Origin: Trypanosoma brucei
Lineage: Eukaryota
Direction of reading: 5' to 3'
DNA: 64,000 bases
Assembly (NCBI GenBank): GCA_000002445.1
Contig: CH464491.1
Coordinates: forward strand, 5,197,802-5,261,801
Part shown: positions 60,601 to 64,000 of the stretch, piece by piece
Layout of the letters: each line of letters begins with the position of its first letter
How positions within the stretch are numbered: the first letter of the stretch is position 1
Translations under genes and position numbers: made by a program
Notes under the pieces: generated by a model
What the model saw: the letters and a program-made list of their open reading frames with translations, nothing else
Told to the model about the DNA's origin: nothing
The model's database searches: none

Positions 60601-63600
60601 TTCTTGGCCATATCGGGCGGGAGGCGTATTTTCCTTAAACTCCATCCGTTTCTACTTCGGGAGGAAAGAAAGTTGCATTGTTGCGGCGGAGCGCGTTGAC
60701 GATTGGTGATGTCTATTCATCCGAGGCGTCGCCTGAAGTCGCGAAGGAGCGGCGAATGTTTTTTCCTTGGCATCCTAGCTAAGATTCGAAAGTTTTGACA
60801 GGCACCAGACGCTGGTTAAGGCTTGCACGTGCATAAGCTTCGCGGAAAAACCGGGCTTCGACATTTCACTGCAAACCGACAGGCAAGCGGCGCGCAAATT
60901 TACTTTGTTTTTGCTGCACTAAAAACTAGACATTGGCGATGCAGTGTCGTATTCGGGAGCGCTGTTTGAACTTATAAGTACCCATGTGAAGGTGGTTGTG
61001 TGCCAACAGTTCCCCTCTTGCGATGTATTGAGCCCGCTGTTTTTGAAACTAGATAGGTTGTTGTTTCACACTGAATTTCCGATGTGTTGTTTTGGATTCC
61101 GTTTGCGATGACCCCAACCGCTGCCACACCAGGTAAGATTCTGCTGCTCAGATGAGTACTACTTGCCAGGTCTGTATGTTTCAGTATCACAATTGCTTCT
61201 CCAAAAAGGATTTGGAAGCAATGAGAGCAAGTCATCTTTAACGACCTTAATGCTCTAACTTTCTTTACTTGCACCTGCGCATTGGTGGTTGGAAATGTGT
61301 GCATAGTGTCACGTGTTAATCGTATCTCCACTGTTCAAGGTTATTTGAGTACAGGAATGTTGCAGATAACTGTTTGTGTGGATGAAAATCAGCACGCGGA
61401 TATTCATATTTATGGTTACAAAGATACAGCACATACAGGAAATAATTAGAAACATCAAACCTCAGATGCATGAAATTGTCACATCGCATTACTGTGATGG
61501 GTTTGTGACTGCATGGTTAAAAAAAAAGGGCTTATACAACCAACCAAAAGTAGTGGAATGAACACTGCGCTGTATGTGTGCTCGTGAAGGAAGGAATACA
61601 TTTATTCATTTACCATGCCACCGCGGAGCACAGAAAATCTACCCCAAAGAGGCAAAAGAAATAGCACCCACCTAACTATGTCTGATTATTCCAAGGAAAG
61701 AAACTGCCGTCGAAGTGATTTGAACAGCTGTGGACGTCATTTTAACAACTGCGCACGCAATAGTTATAATGAGAGCATCCGAACCTGTTCCATAATCCAT
61801 ATGATACATGCGTCACTTTGACAGAAAGGTGAGGACGAGTCCTCAGAAATACAGTAGCAAATGCGTTTTAGTTCCACTATATCCGGACACCCCTGCTAGC
61901 GGCCGCATCTCTCTCTCTCTCTCCCTCGACCGCTGTAGTAATCGCACAACTCCCGTGGGCGACTCATAATCTGTGAAACTTCAATGACTCTCATTTACAA
62001 TGAACATCAAGGTGAAACGCGTTTGTTTGCTCGCTCGCTTTACACGGAACTGTACGATGCTGAAGTTCCGTATCAAGTGGAAATTGTAGCCTTCATGCAT
62101 TTTTGAATCAACGTGAAAAACGAAGTCAGAGAAAGAGGTGATGGTGATTAAAAAAAAATGTGATACGAACTCTGGTCCCTGTTCATGCGCGTAAAATCAA
62201 TATGGCATGCATAATGTTAGCGATGGGAAAGCTACAGAAACGCAAGCAAGATTATAATTTTTTCACTTTTTCTTGTCTATGGAACACCTTTGATACAGCG
62301 CAGAGGTAGGTCGCGCCTAAGGTGATTATATTGGGGAAATACAGTGTGTTGTGCAGGCAATTGAGATAAATACTGAATCATTTCATGACTTGCTATTCCA
62401 GATTTGCTTGCCAAACATTATTTTGGATGTCAGTGTTTACCGCCATCCTGTGCTGATTTACCACAAGTGGGTTAATATTGCAATTACCCCTTACGTGTTT
62501 CCGTGATCTCGCGCCCGTCCCAATCGAAATTTGTCCGCCCTTCAAGGTTGAGTCCCACCGAGTATGTGTGGATGCCGTCATAGAGGCATGGGTTACACTT
62601 CATGGCTGATTACCTTCTATATGTGTTAGCATTTCACGGTTACGTTTGTAAATGATGATTAGTAGCATACGCTTTGACATGTTTTTTTAACGTCTCCTTT
62701 TTAAATTGCAAACGGAAGACAAAGGCAGATAAGATTGTTCGTTTTGGTGTAATGAAAAGATATTCTCTTGTCCCCTAGTATCAATATGTGTTTAGCTTTT
62801 AACATGTATTCAACCTTCCCCAAAGGTAACTGATTAGTGATGTGCCATTGAACGCGACTGTCCGCCGTCCCCGGTGTTCGTTCGGTAAATCGTGTATGTG
62901 CACGCTACCGTGTTTTTGGTTTGTTCTTTTTCTAGTGTCAATGCCACCCACGAGTCGAAATGTAGCGGTTGTATCGCCCTTGGTTGGCATTGACACTGGA
63001 ATGCAACACACCGCTGGTATCCTAATAGCTGTTCTCATCGCTTTAAAAATCTGTGCAGCTCACAAGCGAATCCGTCGGACAATGTTACCAATCTGATTCA
63101 CTGAATTTATGCTGGTTCTTAAAGAGGTGAAGGCCTCTCGTAAGTGGAGTGCATAGTGTTCTGATCATCACATGCTGCCCACACTAGTTGTTTGGTGGAC
63201 GCTGCTATGTGTAGGCCAATGTGAAGCAATGCTAAGTTTTGCAAATGGTGAAGACATTTGTGGAGTATTCGGACACCTGGTTGTGTTGACGTGATGGCAT
63301 GAAGCAGATTATGTGGGCACAAAAATTGTATCTTCCATTCAAATGGTATGCGTTATATGTTTTGGACGAGGTGCACTTACGGTATCGGTCTCCATTTTGT
63401 TCAACATGAAATTAACATCACTTTCAGTGGGCGAATAACGATGAGACATTCGAGTCTGTAGGTTTTGTAAGTTTTTTTTGTATATGTGTGTGCATTGCAT
63501 GTTACTTCTTATTCAACTGACTGTACTAATGGTCTATACATTTGAATACTTTTTGACCAGCGTTGCGAAGTTGGCGAACGTTCTCCATGCCTCTGTGTGG

Positions 63601-64000
63601 GACACATTAATATTTTGTTATTTATTAAGTTTCCTTAATGTAAAAAGTACGTGTTTTTTTTCTAGGATCCTCACGGTCCATCACTGTTTTCGCTAGCATT
63701 GCCATTGTTGTCATTGTTTGCGCATGCATCCTTGCGAATAAAGTGAAGGTTCATGAAAAAACGTCTTTAAACCTTATAGTGTCTCTTCTGTTTTAATAGG
63801 GCGATCCGGATGGTGTGTTCCTAAAAGGTGGGTACGTCATGCAATCCACCTCATGTACCTGAGTGATGGAAATCATATGCGTCATGCGCTTCGTGGCTTG
63901 TGACGGTTTCCTTCTGAGGAGTTAGGTTTGCCAATGAAGGCACACCGGCGATAAATAGGATCTTACCCTTTGTTCTGTCTTGTTTCTATTATTCTTTTTT

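Overview
This window looks like a Trypanosoma brucei-group subtelomeric VSG array, read here from its reverse strand. From position 1 to about 48.2 kb there are twelve variant surface glycoprotein (VSG) genes, pseudogenes or 3' fragments, all on the minus strand. Most are preceded at higher coordinates by reverse-complemented 70-bp repeats (core ...TTATAATATTCGTATATACACACTCACAACAC... plus (ATT)n, i.e. (TAA)n, runs). Three VSGs look intact, with a signal peptide and a C-terminal GPI signal ending ...[23 protein letters not shown] or ...NSFVINEAPLLLADLFILLGF: 15859-17451, 25158-26687 and 31090-32538. The remaining VSG genes are frameshifted, truncated or fragmentary. Two ingi non-LTR retrotransposons of about 5.26 kb each lie on the plus strand, both embedded in VSG pseudogenes. 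Each has the Pr77-type 5' end, a 2A-like DVEENPGP peptide, and AP-endonuclease, reverse-transcriptase, RNase H and C2H2 zinc-finger domains, and ends in a poly-A tail. A degenerate CCCTAA telomere-like tract with orphan VSG 3' ends sits inside the array at about 22.8-24.6 kb. Beyond about 48.2 kb the array stops; the final 16 kb has no 70-bp repeats, no VSG-like reading frames and no ORF over 271 aa, and its content is unresolved. No prokaryotic-type system, CRISPR array, tRNA or rRNA is supported. All calls are from reading the sequence; no database search was possible.
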